Source of the DNA: Thecamonas trahens ATCC 50062
Taxonomy: Eukaryota > Protista > Apusomonadida
Reading direction: 5' to 3'
DNA length: 64,000 bases
NCBI RefSeq assembly: GCF_000142905.1
Contig: NW_013657673.1
Coordinates: 310,001-374,000 of the forward strand
The position numbers and the translations under genes were made by a program. The notes beneath the pieces were generated by a model. That model had not been told where the DNA came from. It saw nothing but the letters and a program-made list of their open reading frames with translations, and did not search any database. Shown piece by piece: positions 11,172-24,600 of this stretch. The first letter of the stretch is position 1. Every line of letters begins with the position of its first letter.

Positions 11172-12998
11172 ATGCTCGACTATTCGGCGCTGGCGGCGAC
11201 GCTCGGTGAGGAGCTGTTGCAGAAGATTCGCAGCACACGGGTGCTCATGGTGGGTACAGGCGGCATTGGGTGCGAGCTGCTGAAGAACCTGGTCGCAGCC
11301 GGCTTTGCCAACATAGAATGCATCGACTTTGACGCAATCGACGTCTCTAACCTCAACAGGCAGTTCCTGTTCCGCAAGGCGCACGTGGGGCGGCCCAAGT
11401 CTGAGGTGGCGCGCGAGTCTGCGCTCCGCTTCAACCCTGACGCTAACATTGTGTAGGTGAAGCAGCGGTCGGGGTGTTGTCAGAGGAGGAAGCAGGGTGG
11501 CTGAGCGACTCACTCACGGTGTCGGCAACCGGGAGGGCACAGGGCACACTGTGGCTCGATCTTTGACGCACAGTTTGGCACGGCGTACTTTAGCTCGTTT
11601 GGCTTGGTCTTTAACGCGCTGGACAACTTGCCGGCGCGGCGGCACGTCAATCGGCTCTGTCTCTCCACCAACACGCCGCTCATCGAGTCTGGGACGGCCG
11701 GCTACCTGGGACAGGTCACGGTCATCCGCAAGGACGCGACCGAGTGCTTCGAGTGCCAGCCAAAGCCGACGCCCAAGACCTATCCGGTCTGCACCATTCG
11801 CACCACACCATCGGCCCCGATCCACTGCATCGTGTGGGCCAAGTACATGTTCGCCAAGGTGTTCGGCGCGGTAGACGACGACGACGTCGACGACGACGGG
11901 AGCGGATCTGACGAGGGCGGTGAGGGCGGCGACGAGGAAAAGGTTGCCATGCTGCAGGCCATGGCCCAAACACGCAAGTCTGGCGCGCAGTTGCGGGCCA
12001 TGGATGCACCACAGCTGTTCGACTACCTGTTCTCGGAGCAGATTGCGTCACTGCTGGCGATGGACGTGCTGTGGAAGACGCGGACACCGCCGCAGATCAT
12101 CTCGTGGGCCGAAGCGACAGGCGCGGGTGACAAGGAGGCTTGCGAGGCCGGGCCGAGCGCTGCAGGTGGGTTGCGGAGCCAGAAGGTGTGGAGTGTGGCC
12201 GAGGCTGCACAGGCCTTTGCGGCAAGCCACGCCGCGCTGGTTGCTCAGTACGCTGCCGCGGGTGAGCGGCCTCTGCTGAGCTTTGACAAAGATGCCGCCG
12301 ATTGCATGCGGTTTGTGACGGCCCTGGCAAACCTGCGGGCACGGTGCTTTTCGATCGCGCCGTCGTCCGAGTTTGACGCCAAGGCCATGGCCGGCAACAT
12401 CATTCCGGCCATTGCCACGACCAACGCCATCGCCGCAGGCCTTATGGTGGTCGAAGCGGTCAAGCTCCTTCGCGAGGCCGCGGACGAGTGTCGAACCTCG
12501 TTCATCATGCAATACCCCACGCGCGGGCGCAAAGCGCGCTACCTCAACGCCGGCCCGGTGGCGCCGCCGAACCCACAGTGCTTTGTATGCCAGGCCCAGT
12601 TTGTGACGCTCGCGATCAACACGGTGGCGACGCCGCTTTCTTTCTTTGTTGACGCTGTGCTGCGGGGCCATTTTGCGCTTCAGGAGCCGTCGATTGAGGT
12701 CGGCTCGGCTGTTGTCTACGAGTCGGGCGAAGGCGCCGAGGACATGGACGACCAGCTGCCTAAGATGCTCGACGCCGTCCGCATTACCGACTCGGCCCAC
12801 GTTTCGGTCACTGACTACCTGCAGGATTGCGAGTTTACCTTTGTCATTGCGCACGATCCAGGTCTCGCCCCGGGAGCCGACGAATCAGATGGGCGCTTCC
12901 GCATCCTCCGCGCCGACCACGCCAAGCGCAAGCGCGAAGACGATCAAGCCGGCGAGGCCAAGCGAGCCAAGCCAAACGAGGAGCCAACACAGTCGTAA
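11172..12998 (+). CDS. UBA2: SUMO-activating enzyme subunit 2; exons 11172-11452 and 11543-12998
   Basis: VGTGGIGCELLKNL, IDVSNLNRQFLF, ALDNLPARRHVNRLC, catalytic region YPVCTIRTTPS, AGNIIPAIATTNA and two CxxC motifs. A 90-nt GTAGGT...CAG intron restores the frame. Confidence 0.95.
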
Positions 12999-13059
12999 AC
13001 TATCACGTGGACAAGGAAGTTACGAGAATAGAAGAGAAATGTTGTTTAGTCCGCAGCTC

Positions 13060-16000
13060 CTATGTCGAGGGTTTTGCCTGGCTGGCTCGAGCTGGTTCGG
13101 GATTGGCATCGGCCTCAGCCTCAGCCTCGGCGGCTTCAGCCTCATCCGCAGCCTCATCCTTGACCCTCTGACTCGGCCTCTGCCTCGGTCTCAGCACCAG
13201 ACTCGGTCTCAGCATTGGATTCGGTCTCAGTATCGGGCTCAACCTCAGCCTCAGCCTCGCTAGCCCCAGCCTCAACCTCAGCCTCGCCAGCCCCAGCCTC
13301 GGCCTCGGCCTCAGTCTCAGTCTCGGACTCGGTCTCAGCATCGACCTCAGCCTCAGCCTCAGCCTCGCTAGCCCCAGCCTCAACCTCAGCCTCGCCAGCC
13401 CCAGCCTCGGCCTCGGCCTCAGTCTCAGTCTCGGACTCGGTCTCAACATCGGGCTCAACCTCAGTCTCAGCCTCAGCCTCGCTAGCCCCAGCCTCAACCT
13501 CAGCCTCAGTCTCAGTCTCGGACTCGGTCTCAGCATCGGGCTCAACCTCGGCCTCAGCCTCAGCCTCGGCGGCTTCAGCCTCATCCTCAACCTCAGCCTC
13601 GCCAGCCCCAGCCTCGGCCTCGGCCTCAGTCTCAGTCTCGGACTCGGTCTCAGCATCGGGCTCGACCTCAGCCTCAACCTTGCCAGCCTCAGCCTCAATC
13701 TCGCCACCCCCATCGCTCGACGAGACGTCGCGATCGGTCGAGTCGCTGTCGTCCGACGTCGAGTCAGAGGTCGAGTCCGACTCGGTGTCCGCACCGCCAA
13801 GTCTCGAGTTCGAGGTCGAGTCTGCGTCGACTCGGACGACCAAGACCGAGATGTTGTCGCCGGAGCCGATGGCATAGCTGGCATCGCGAATCCGCCCGGC
13901 GCACTCGTCCACCTCACTGCTTGACGCAACGAGGCCAGCAAGGACAGNNNNNNNNNNNNNNNNNNNNNNNNNNNNNNNNNNNNNNNNNNNNNNNNNNNNN
14001 NNNNNNNNNNNNNNNNNNNNNNNNNNNNNNNNNNNNNNNNNNNNNNNCCCAGCCTCAACCTCAGCCTCGCCAGCCCCAGCCTCGGCCTCGGCCTCAGTCT
14101 CAGTCTCGGACTCGGTCTCAGCATCGGGCTCAACCTCAGCCTCAGCCTCAGCCTCGCTAGCCCCAGCCTCAACCTCAGCCTCGCCAGCCCCAGCCTCGGC
14201 CTCGGCCTCAGTCTCAGTCTCGGACTCGGTCTCAACATCGGGCTCAACCTCAGTCTCAGCCTCAGCCTCGCTAGCCCCAGCCTCAACCTCAGCCTCAGTC
14301 TCAGTCTCGGACTCGGTCTCAGCATCGGGCTCAACCTCGGCCTCAGCCTCAGCCTCGGCGGCTTCAGCCTCATCCTCAACCTCAGCCTCGCCAGCCCCAG
14401 CCTCGGCCTCGGCCTCAGTCTCAGTCTCGGACTCGGTCTCAGCATCGGGCTCGACCTCAGCCTCAACCTTGCCAGCCTCAGCCTCAATCTCGCCACCCCC
14501 ATCGCTCGACGAGACGTCGCGATCGGTCGAGTCGCTGTCGTCCGACGTCGAGTCAGAGGTCGAGCCCGACTCGGCGTCCGCACCGCCAAGTCTCGAGTTC
14601 GAGGTCGAGTCTGCGTCGACTCGGACGACCAAGACCGAGATGTTGTCGCCGGAGCCGATGGCATAGCTGGCATCGCGAATCCGCCCGGCGCACTCGTCCA
14701 CCTCACTGCTTGACGCAACGAGGCCAGCAAGGACAGCGTTCGTCATGACATCCCACACTCCGTCGCACGCAAGGACGAGCGATACACGTGGTGGGAGCGT
14801 GGTATGCTGCAGACTGGGCTCAGATGAGACAGAAGGAGCAAGCGTAAAGTCGCCCAGCGCCCGCGCCACGCCCAGCTTCCCCATCACACGCCCGTCGCCG
14901 TCGACAAAGCCACCAGCTGCTCGGATCCGTTCGCGTTCGTCCGCATCGTACGGCGAGTGGTCAACGCTCAGCCAAAACACCCGCCGGCAGCGTCCACTAC
15001 CGCGGCACGCGAGTCGCCGACGTTGGCCACGCTGCACCGCACTTCCCGACTCCCGGGCGGCGCATAGAGCACAGCCACAACAGCGGTCGTGCCGCCAGCA
15101 GCATCGCCAGTGTGAGCAGCCTCAAGATTCGCCTCCACAGCAGCCAGTGCCGCAATCAGCGCGGCACCCACCATGTCTTCGGCAGCATCGCCGGCACGGC
15201 AGCTTGCCACAAGCGCCTCCTGCAGCGCCGCCTCCCATGCCTTGGCCGCAAACGTCGATGCCACCGCGTTCATGTGGCCGTCAAACACCGCAAACGTTGC
15301 CAACGTCTTGCCAAGTGCCGCCACCGCGTGAGCCGGCACGCTCGCCTGCCCCACACAGTGCGCATCCTCCATATCCTCCCGCCGTCCCACCCGCGCCGCC
15401 ACTGCCCAGCGTGCAGCCAGCGCATCGATAACCCCGGCCAACTCGTCTTCGTCGGCTGCAGTTCCCTCTGGAGGCATGTTTGGCGCCAAGCCCGAGGTGC
15501 CAGCCAGCGAGATACACTCAACTCGTGGTGCAAGCGTCGAGCCATCGACCTCGGGGTTGTGGCCGAGGTCAAGCTCCTTGAGCTGGTCAACCACGGCGTC
15601 GAGCGCGTCGAGCACCTCGGGGCCTGCGCCTGTCGCGCCCAGAGAGAGTGTCACCACCTTGCTCCCTACCGGCGACGCGCAGCTGCGGTCTGGCCACGCT
15701 CCAACGTTGCCCCACAAGATGCAGGTCTCGAGCGCAGACAGCGCACCGAGCCATGCCGGCCACGCGCCGACGCCGCAGCATGTCATGTTCACCCACGTCA
15801 GCCGCGTCAAGAGTGGCCCAACCTCACACGCAGCCTCGGACACGAGATCTTCGCCAAGTTCAGGGTTGCACGACAGCTCAAGCGTCCGCAGCGACCGCGC
15901 CGAGCTCCCCAGCGCCGCCCACGGCAGCTGTTGCAGGCCATTGCCGATGAGAAGCACTGTTTGCAGTGAGCCGTTGGCCGGCATCTCGTCGGCGTTGCAC

Positions 16001-17009
16001 GGCAGCGAGGCAATAACGTTGAACGATGCGTTGAGTGTCCGAAGCGAGGAAAGCTTCCACACGCTCGAGGGCAGACTTGCCAGCTCGTTGTGTGCCACAT
16101 TGAGCGTGACAAGCCGGTCGAGCTCACCCACCGACGCCGGAACAGACTGTAGCGCGTTGTACGACGCGTTGAGAAACATGAGCGATGAAAGTGAACCAAG
16201 CTCGTCCGGCAACGAGCAAAGAAGGTTGCGCGAGACGTCGAGCGTGTGCAGCCGCGCCCACCCGCCGTCGACACCACAGCCGAGCACTGTCAGCGCGTTG
16301 CTAGCAAGATTGAGCGTCATGACCGCGCTCAGTGTAGCAATTGCATCCGGCACAGACTCCAGGCCCGCTCCTGCCGCGTTAAGCGTGTGCAACGAGGCCG
16401 GAAGGCTTGCCGGCCACGCCTCGTCGCCGCTGAGCTCGTTGCCGGCCACGTTGAGGTTCTCCAGCGAGCTCAGCCGCGCGACTGCAGGCGACAGGCTCCG
16501 CAGCGCGTTGTACGACACGTCAAGAAGGGCGAGATTGCTCATCTCGCCTAGCCCGTCCGGGAGCTCGGTGATGGCGTTGCGGGCAAGCTTGACTTCGCGC
16601 AGAAAGGCCTGTTGGGTGACAACAGCAGGAAAGGCAGTCAAGCCCGAGTCGCCGCACATTTCAAACGTGGGGATGGCCTCGGTCCGTCCCTCGTCAAGGC
16701 CATACCGCACAGAGCCTGCCCGCGTCCGGCCGCCGCCGCGCAGCGCAGGGTGGCTGTGAATAGGTGCGGACCGTGCGCCAGGTGGCGTGCCGGCCACACC
16801 TGTGTTCTCAGCAGCTTGCACGCCAGGCGCGACATGCACCCCGCTCCCGGCTGCCGCCGCCGTGCTCCCACTCCTGGCCACCACGGCCTCCTTCTTACTC
16901 GCCCCGCCACCATCCGCTCCTGCTACAGGCTGTGGCTCCTTGGCCTTGGCATTGCCGGCCTTCTTGCCCCTGGCCTTGCCCCCTTTTTCTTCGAGCCTGA
17001 GCCGCCCAT
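13060..17009 (-). CDS. N-myristoylated LRR + PP2C (PPM) phosphatase with an acidic Glu/Ala repeat tail; interrupted by apparent frameshifts (~16981, ~14981, ~13165), an assembly gap and a duplicated segment
   Basis: Reconstructed start [17 protein letters not shown]. Many LxxLxLxxN repeats. PP2C motifs [33 protein letters not shown]...[22 protein letters not shown] and GSGDNIS. Confidence 0.85.
13265..14736. repeat. Near-identical ~685-bp duplication (13265-13947 and 14048-14736) flanking a 100-N gap, built from GCCTCA/GTCTCA-type coding minisatellite
   Basis: The copies differ at 13776/14565, at 13786/14575 and by a 6-nt indel; N run at 13948-14047. Confidence 0.9.
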
Positions 17010-17275
17010 CTTGCCGTCCTGCGCAGGTAACGCTCGGCCTTGGCTCGCAAAAACAAGCGCGTGTTCACAAGTACGCCAGCACTCTCACAACCTCTGCCTG
17101 CTCGTGTCTGTGCTCGCGCGCGAAAGTGCTCCGTAGACCGGCTGCGTGGTAGAGAGGCGTTGCTCGCCGTCGTTTGGCGGCACCAAGCCGAGTTCCAGGC
17201 GTTTCGCTGCTAGAGCGAGCCGCCGGCGTGAACAGACAGCGCTTTACCGCCAAACCTCATCGCAGTCGGTAGACA

Positions 17276-18208
17276 TCACTGCCGCTGGCCGCCCTCGTCA
17301 AACCACTTGAGATTGCGCCAATTGGCGTAGTCGGACGGCGTGGAGCGGACGAGCTCGCCGTTGGCGTACTCCTCGTAAAAGTACTCGTTGAGCGGAGTCT
17401 TGCGCATGCCGATGCCGTGGCGGCGATCGTTGGCAAACGGCCCGATCCATTGGGTGCCATCGGCAAAGGTGAGGGTGCCGTCACCGTGGCGGAGCCCATC
17501 TTCGTGGTCGCCCTCGTACCGAGTTCCGTCGTCCGAGACCCAGACGCCAAAGCCGAAGCCCGGGCGATCCGAAATGAGCTGGAACTTGGTGTACACCTCG
17601 CGCTCGTCCTCAAGCGTGCCGTGGGAGTACTTGCGCATCCACGTCTTCTGGCAATCGTAAAAGTCATGCTTGGTGCAGTACAGGCCTGGGCCGTGCCGCC
17701 GATCGTTGACGTACTCGCCCTCGTACGACGATCCGTTCGGGTACATGTGCTTGCCGTGTCCGCTCCGGCGTCCGTCCTTGAACTCGCCCTCAAAGACCTC
17801 GCCGGACACGTACTTGCACACAAACGAGCCGTGCTTCTTCCCGTTGATCCACTCGCCCTCGAACACGTCGCCGTTGGTCGTCGTGAACGAGCCACGCCCA
17901 TGCGGAACCCCGTCGCGGAGCTCGCCGGAGTACACGCCCTTGTACCGAATCATGACCGTTCCCACCTCCACCATCGCCCCGCGCCCTTTCGTCCCACCAA
18001 TTGGGCCCGCGCTGGCCATGTTCGTGCCGCTTGCGCCACCTGCGCCGCCACTCGCTCCGTGTTCCTGCTCGAGCTCACGCGCCCCCGCCGTCTCGAGCTC
18101 GATGACCTCTTCGTCATCAGACGCGGCCTCAGCCGCCTGCATGGCCCGACGCGCCGTCGCTTCAGGCCCCGCCCCCATAGCCTCAACCGCTGTTGCTGCC
18201 GCCGCCAT
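17276..18208 (-). CDS. MORN-repeat protein
   Basis: Repeated YxGEWxxGxxHGxG-type units (YSGELRDGVPHGRG, FEGEWINGKKHG, FEGEFKDGRRSGHG, YEGEYVNDRRHGPG, YEGDHEDGLRHGDG). Confidence 0.9.
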   Translation of the reverse strand: MAAAATAVEAMGAGPEATARRAMQAAEAASDDEEVIELETAGARELEQEHGASGGAGGASGTNMASAGPIGGTKGRGAMVEVGTVMIRYKGVYSGELRDGVPHGRGSFTTTNGDVFEGEWINGKKHGSFVCKYVSGEVFEGEFKDGRRSGHGKHMYPNGSSYEGEYVNDRRHGPGLYCTKHDFYDCQKTWMRKYSHGTLEDEREVYTKFQLISDRPGFGFGVWVSDDGTRYEGDHEDGLRHGDGTLTFADGTQWIGPFANDRRHGIGMRKTPLNEYFYEEYANGELVRSTPSDYANWRNLKWFDEGGQRQ

Positions 18209-18389
18209 TCTTGCCGTGCGTGTCCGTTTCTGACCGTGGTCTCCCTGCGATTGGCCGTTGCTTGTCTTTCCTCTTCTTAATTGACTCTCCAGCCCGTGCC
18301 TGTGTGGGTGGCGAGTCGCGTGTCGCTAGCAGGGCGGTGGCGGGCGTGGGCGTCAGCTCGTCCACCCATCCGGCAGCGACCCACCCGTT

Positions 18390-18435
18390 ATTCATTCATT
18401 CATTCATTCATTCATTCTTTCATACATTCATTCAT
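18390..18435. repeat. (TTCA)n microsatellite in the divergent MORN/TRRAP intergenic region
   Basis: attcattcattcattcattcattcattc followed by degenerate copies. Confidence 0.85.
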
Positions 18436-18658
18436 GTCCTCCTTTTTATGCGTCATCTCCACCTCCTCCCTGCTCCCACCCGCCAACCCTCCATCGCACC
18501 ACGTTACATGCGCATCGCCCTCCCCAACGCCATCCACCAGCATCCGGACCAAGGCTCGGCGGCGTCGGAAGGCGTGGGCTACGCGCCTTGGCCTTGACCA
18601 TGCCCAGCTCTCTGGCACTGCTCTCGCCCCGTTGCCGACCTCGAAAAAAAGGGTTGGG

Positions 18659-21600
18659 ATGCAGTTTACCCCCGACACCTTCCCACAGCATGTGGCCTTG
18701 CTCAGGAACAGCGACCATGGTACGTGTTGGGCATGCACAGACATGTAGAAGCCCATGGGGCATGCGTGTGTCCAGTTTTTGGCCCCAAACGGCCCTGCTT
18801 GCGTCGCTAGCCCTTGAGGGGGCCCTCCTCGCGCCAGCGGGTAGCCGCGAGTCGCGCTCAGCGCTGCAGATTCGACCGCCCGCTCGCGCAAGAATCAAGG
18901 CACAGCGCAGCGGCCCGCCCGGCGTCCCTTCCCTCTTTCCTCCGCGCCTCTCACTCACTCTCCACCATTTGCTGCCCTCCTTCATCTTTGCGACGCTAGA
19001 CCTCGATACCAAGCTGGAGAAGATCAAGCTGATTCGCGACGCCATCGAGATTGTGCACACCGATGGCTACGTCAGCTTCCTCGAGCACTTTATCCCCGAG
19101 CTAGTCCGGACGCTCCGTGACGTGACAACGCCGCAGCTGGAGTCGAACACGGTGCACTCGATCCGCAACGTCATCTTGCAGATCATTGTCCGGCTGCCGA
19201 GCAACGCATGTCTCGAGCAATACGTCAACAACATCATGCAGCTCGCCATGGAAATCATCCGGACCGACAACGAGGTCAATGCCCTCGTCTGCCTCCGCAT
19301 CATCTCGGCGCTGTTCAAGAAGTTCCACGAGCCGCTCAGCCGTTACGTCAGCGACTTTCTGCAGACCGTCCTTACCATCTACCAGAAGCTGCCACACACG
19401 CTCCTCCGCCTCACCGCCGAGCCTGACGACGAGTCGGAGCTCCTCGCCCCGGGCCCGTCCGCCATGCTCCATCCTGGATCGGAGACTTCAGACATGGCCC
19501 TCGACGGCATGCCAGGTGCCACCGACGACGACTCTTCGGCCCCGGTCAAGAAGTACGCACTTGCCCTCGAGTCGTTCAAGGTTCTCATCGAGTGCCCCAT
19601 CATCGTCGTCCTCCTCTTCCAGCTCTACAAGGAAGCCTCAGTCCCGCAGTCGTCTATCCCGCGCTTTGTGCCCGTCATTGTCTCCACTCTCGAGCTCGTC
19701 GCCCCCGACAACGCTCATGCCACCCAGCGCGAGGCCTACACCGACTTTATCGCCGCACAGGTCAAGACCCTCTCGTTCCTCGCCTACATCCTTCGGGGCT
19801 TTGAACAGGCTCTCAACAACTACATGGACTCCATCCCGACCTTTGTCATTCGCCTCCTCAAAAAGTGCCCGCCAGAGTCGGCCGTCATCCGCAAGGAGCT
19901 CCTCATCGCTACCCGCCACATCTTGGCCACCTCCTTCCGTTCCGGCTTTGTCTCCAAGATCAACACCCTCCTCGACGAGACCACTCTCATTGGCACCTGC
20001 CGCACCTCTTACGATACCCTTCGCCCGCTTGCGCACTCGACCTTGGCAGACCTGGTCCACCACGTCCGCGACCAGCTCTCACTCGAGCAGCTGACCCGGA
20101 CCGTCTCGCTCTACTCCAAGAACGTTCATGACGCGGCTCTCCCGACCACCATCCAGACCATGTCCTGCAAGCTCCTCCTCAACCTCGTCGAGTGCATCGC
20201 CAAGCACAACGATGCCGCCAACCGTGGTCGCACCCTCCTTGTCCGTGTCCTCGACACCTTTACCAACAAGTTTGGCGCCCTCAAGCTCTACATCCCGCGC
20301 CTTGTCGAGGCCTACCGCATGTCCACCCGCGAGAAGCTCCGCCGCAAGGAGCAGCAGGCTCGCCAGATCGCCGCCGAGACCGCCAACGCTGCCGCCAAGG
20401 ACGCCGCCACCACCGCTGCCGTCTCTCCGTCCTCGCTGCCGCCGCCGGACTCTACTGATGCCGACGCCAAGGCCGATGCCAAGGCCGACACCAAGGCCGA
20501 CACCAAGGCTGGCGCCAAAGCCGACGCCAAGGCCGACGCCAAGGCCGACGCCAAGGCCGACGCCAAAGTCGACGCTGACGCCAAGACTGACGCCAAGGCC
20601 GACGCCAAGACCGGTGTCGCCACCACATTGGCATCGCCCTTGTCGCCACAGCCCAACGCCCGGACTCCGCTCGGCGTCCTTCCCATCGCGCCCCCCATCG
20701 CTACCACTGTCTCCAACTTTGGCACTGCCGACTCGGTCAAGGATTGGCGGATTCAGGTCCGGACACTCGCCCACGGGCTCAAGACCATTGTCTGGGGCAT
20801 CGCCTCCTGCCGCCAGACGCCGGCCACGCCGGTCGGCGCCCACCCATCCGGGTACGGCAGCTCCGGCGGCTCCGGCGGCTCCAACGTCATGTCCGAGCAA
20901 GAGTCGCAGATATTCATCTCGCTTCTGGTCGACGGCCTCAAGTGCTTTGAACTCTACTCGGTCAGCATTCCGCAGTCGGAGACGACCGAGGAGAAAGAGA
21001 TCCTCGACTGCTTTGCCGGTGTCTTTACCCTCGTTGACCCGCGGACGTTCAAGGTTGTTTTTGAGTCGCACATCGAGCTCCTTGTCGACCACATCCTCCG
21101 CAACAACTCGATGCTCACCATCGCCCGCCACTTTCTGGCCAACCCGCAGGTCTCCAAGTACTTTGCCGACATTCTCCTCGCCTTTCTGGTCAAGCACATT
21201 CATCTCATCGGCTCGCCCGACAAAAAGGTGTCGACCGTCATGCTCCGTCTCTTCAAGCTTGTCTTTGCCTCGGTCGAGTTGTTCAAGGCCAACGAGCACG
21301 CCCTCCAGCCACACCTCAAGACCATTGTCGAAGAGTCGATGCGGCGCGCGACCCAGACGCGGACGCCGTCGCAGACCTACTTTCTCCTCCTTCGCGCTCT
21401 CTTCCGCTCCATTGGCGGCGGCGAGTTCGACCACCTCTACCGCGAGTTCCTGCCCCTTCTCCCGCTCCTTCTCGAGGGCCTCAACCGACTGCAGCAGTCC
21501 AAGCACAAGCACACCATGCGCGAGCTCTTTGTCGAGCTCTGCCTAACCGTCCCGGTCCGCCTCTCCGCCCTCCTCCCGTACCTGCGCTACCTCATGAAGC

Positions 21601-24600
21601 CGCTTGTCATCGCTCTCCAGTCGGGCACCGACCTTGTCTCGCAAGGCCTCCGAACCCTCGAGCTCTGCGTCGAGAACCTCACCCCCGAGTTCCTCGACCC
21701 CATCATCGAGCCCGTCCGCGTCGACCTCATGACCGCGCTGTGGAAGCACCTCCGCCCGCCGCCCTACGCCCACGGTGTCCACGCAATGCGCATTCTCGGC
21801 AAGCTCGGCGGCCGCAACCGTCGCTTCCTCACGGACCCACCCCACCTCAACGTCAAGGCCAACCCGAGGACGGCCTCCGCATGGTTCTCTCTTTTGCCGG
21901 CCTCCCACCGTTTGAGCTCCGCCTCGACTGGGTCGTCGACATGGCCAAGGCCGCCCTCCTCTCCTCCCAGGACGCGTACTACCGTCGCCAGGCCTTTGCC
22001 ATGATCCGCCTCGCCCTCATCTCCATGATGAAGCTCGACTTTTCGCCGGACGACTACCAATGGACTCTGTGGGCCGGCCCGCTCGACGCCTCGCCGTCGT
22101 CGGCATCGCAGGCTCACGCCTTTGAAGCCGCCACCTCGTCGGCTCTCCCCACAGGCGTCGCTTTTACCTTTGACGGCCGCCCGCTCGACGAGCTCGAGCC
22201 TGAGGAGCTCAACTCACTGCTCAACCTTGAGTTTGAGGCCACCGCCGCCGCCGCCGCCTCCATGGCCGCCTCGTTTGCCTATGCTGACGGCTCGTTGCAG
22301 CACGCTGACGCCGCTCCAGCCAAGGCGGGAAAGAAGAAGACCCAGAACCACCACATCGCCGAGTCGCGGACGTTCAAGATCCTGCTCATCTGTGCGTTTG
22401 TGGCCACCACCGATCGTGACCTCGAGGCCGACGCCAAGGCCTTTGCTGCCGATGTCACCCGTCACCTCACCCTCCTCGCTCTCGCGCGCTCGCCGGCACC
22501 GCTCGTCGACTCTCCGCACGTCACTGACCTCACCTCACTCGACGTTTCGGTCTTTGTCGACGCTGTTGTGGCTCTCCTCACCGCCGAGAACAGGACATGG
22601 ATCCGCCCGCCCATCGAGTATCTCTCGCTAATGGTGAGCATGATGACCACCATGGCTGGCGGCTCGCTCGCCGTCGTCTCCATGCACCCCATGTTTGACA
22701 CACTCGCCTCGCGCTTCATCCACTGCTGCTACCACCACAACTGGTACCGCAAGGCTGGTGGCTGCGAGGGCATTCGCTTCCTCGTCCACACCATGCCGGT
22801 CGCTTGGGTTCTTGCCCGCGAGACTGCCTTTGTTAAGGCCCTCCTCTTCATCCTCGCCACCCTCACCCTCGACCTCTCGGCCGACACTGTTGAGGACTCG
22901 ATCGAGCTCCTGAGCTTCCTTCTCAACAAGTGCCACGGCGCCCCGCTGCCTCGCCCCACTGCGGCGTCGCCGGCTTCTGCTCCTGCCGCGACGCCCGGCC
23001 CCTCTGTCGGCTCCGACACGGCCGTACCCATGGACGAAGAAAAGGCTCCCGAGGAGCCCGGAGCTCCCAACTCGTCCAAGCCCGCGGACACTGAGGCCGC
23101 GCGCTCGGGCGACACTGATCCGGTCACCATCGATCTCGACGAGGAGGCTGTCACCGCCACAGGCAACGAGCTTGTCGCCATCCTCGCCCATGAGCTCGCC
23201 TCGCCGTACCTCCCAGTCCGCGAAGAAGCAGCCAAGCTCCTCGGCGCGCTTGCCACCGGCTGGTCGACCACCCCTGCGCAACTCCTTGCGCCGCTCATGC
23301 CACAGCTGCGCATCACCTCCTCGTTTACGCTGGCTGCTCTGCCGTTTGACGACCAAGTCGGCATGCTCGCCGCCTTCCGCTACTGCCTTGTTAATGCTCC
23401 CGAGGAGCTGAAGGCCAACGCCTCGTTTGTCTCCATGCTGGATCAGGTTCTCGAGCTGGCCGAGCTTGACGAGGCCGGCTTTATCTCGCAAGCCGTGTAC
23501 CGGACCCAAAAGAAGAAGTTGCCTTCACTTCGCAAGGCCTGTCTCGAGCTCCTCGCCACCGCCGTCACCCTGGACGACCTTGATACGGAGAGTTTCCGCA
23601 CCGCCCGCGACCGCATTGTTGCCGTCTTTCTCAAGGCACTCACCATGGGCTCGTCGGCCATCGTGCCTATTGTACGCAACGGCCTCAAGGATGCCGTCGC
23701 CGTCCGCGAGCCGGCCAAGGCGCTGCTTCACGACTCGCTCAAGCCCATTCTCATGCACCTTCGCTCGCACGAGGAGATCACTGTCGCCATCATGCAGCGC
23801 CTCGGTCGCCTGCTCGAGGTCATAGCCTCAGCCTTCCACCACAAGCTCGGCCGCCGCCTCCTTGAGCACGCCCGCCAGCTCATCTCGGACGAGGAGGCCA
23901 AGCCGAACTCGTACCACATCGCCGCCTCCATCCTTGACGTCTTCCATCTTCTCCCGCAGGACGCCAAGCTCTCACCCGGCGAAGAGTTCTCTGACCGCAT
24001 CGTCGCGCTCACCATCCAGCTTCAGTCGGTCGTGCCCCTCGAGCAGACGCTCGACGAGTACCGTCGCCCGCTCGCAAAGTACGCCAATCGCTACCCGACC
24101 CGCATCTTGCAGCTCTTCCTCGACCACATCACAGAGGCTCCCTTCTCCACCCTCTTCCTCCACATCCTCAACTCGCCGCTCACGCCGAAACTCCGCACCG
24201 CCATGACTGAGATGCCGCAGCGCCTCGCCGAGCTCCTCCGCACCTCAGCTTCGCACCATACCAACGCCCAAGTTGCTGCCGAAACAAGGTTCCAGGCTGT
24301 CTGCATCGTCCACGCCCTCGCCATGGACAACCCGTCCTGGCTTCCGTCGACGCCGCTTGTTGTCGAGGCTCTTGTCACTGCCTGGCGCGCCCTCAACGAG
24401 GGCATGGACGCCGGCTCTGGTCCACACGCGGCCCTGGAGGAGACCATCCCTATCACCCACATGCATCAGGCCCGCTACATCATCGAGTGCTTCATTCAGT
24501 TCTGCTCCCACGGCGTCAAGGTGCCAGAGCCCCACCGCCCGGCCTCACACTCGCTTTTGATGCTCAAGTCGAGCCGCGATGCCAACAAGGGCGCCATGTC

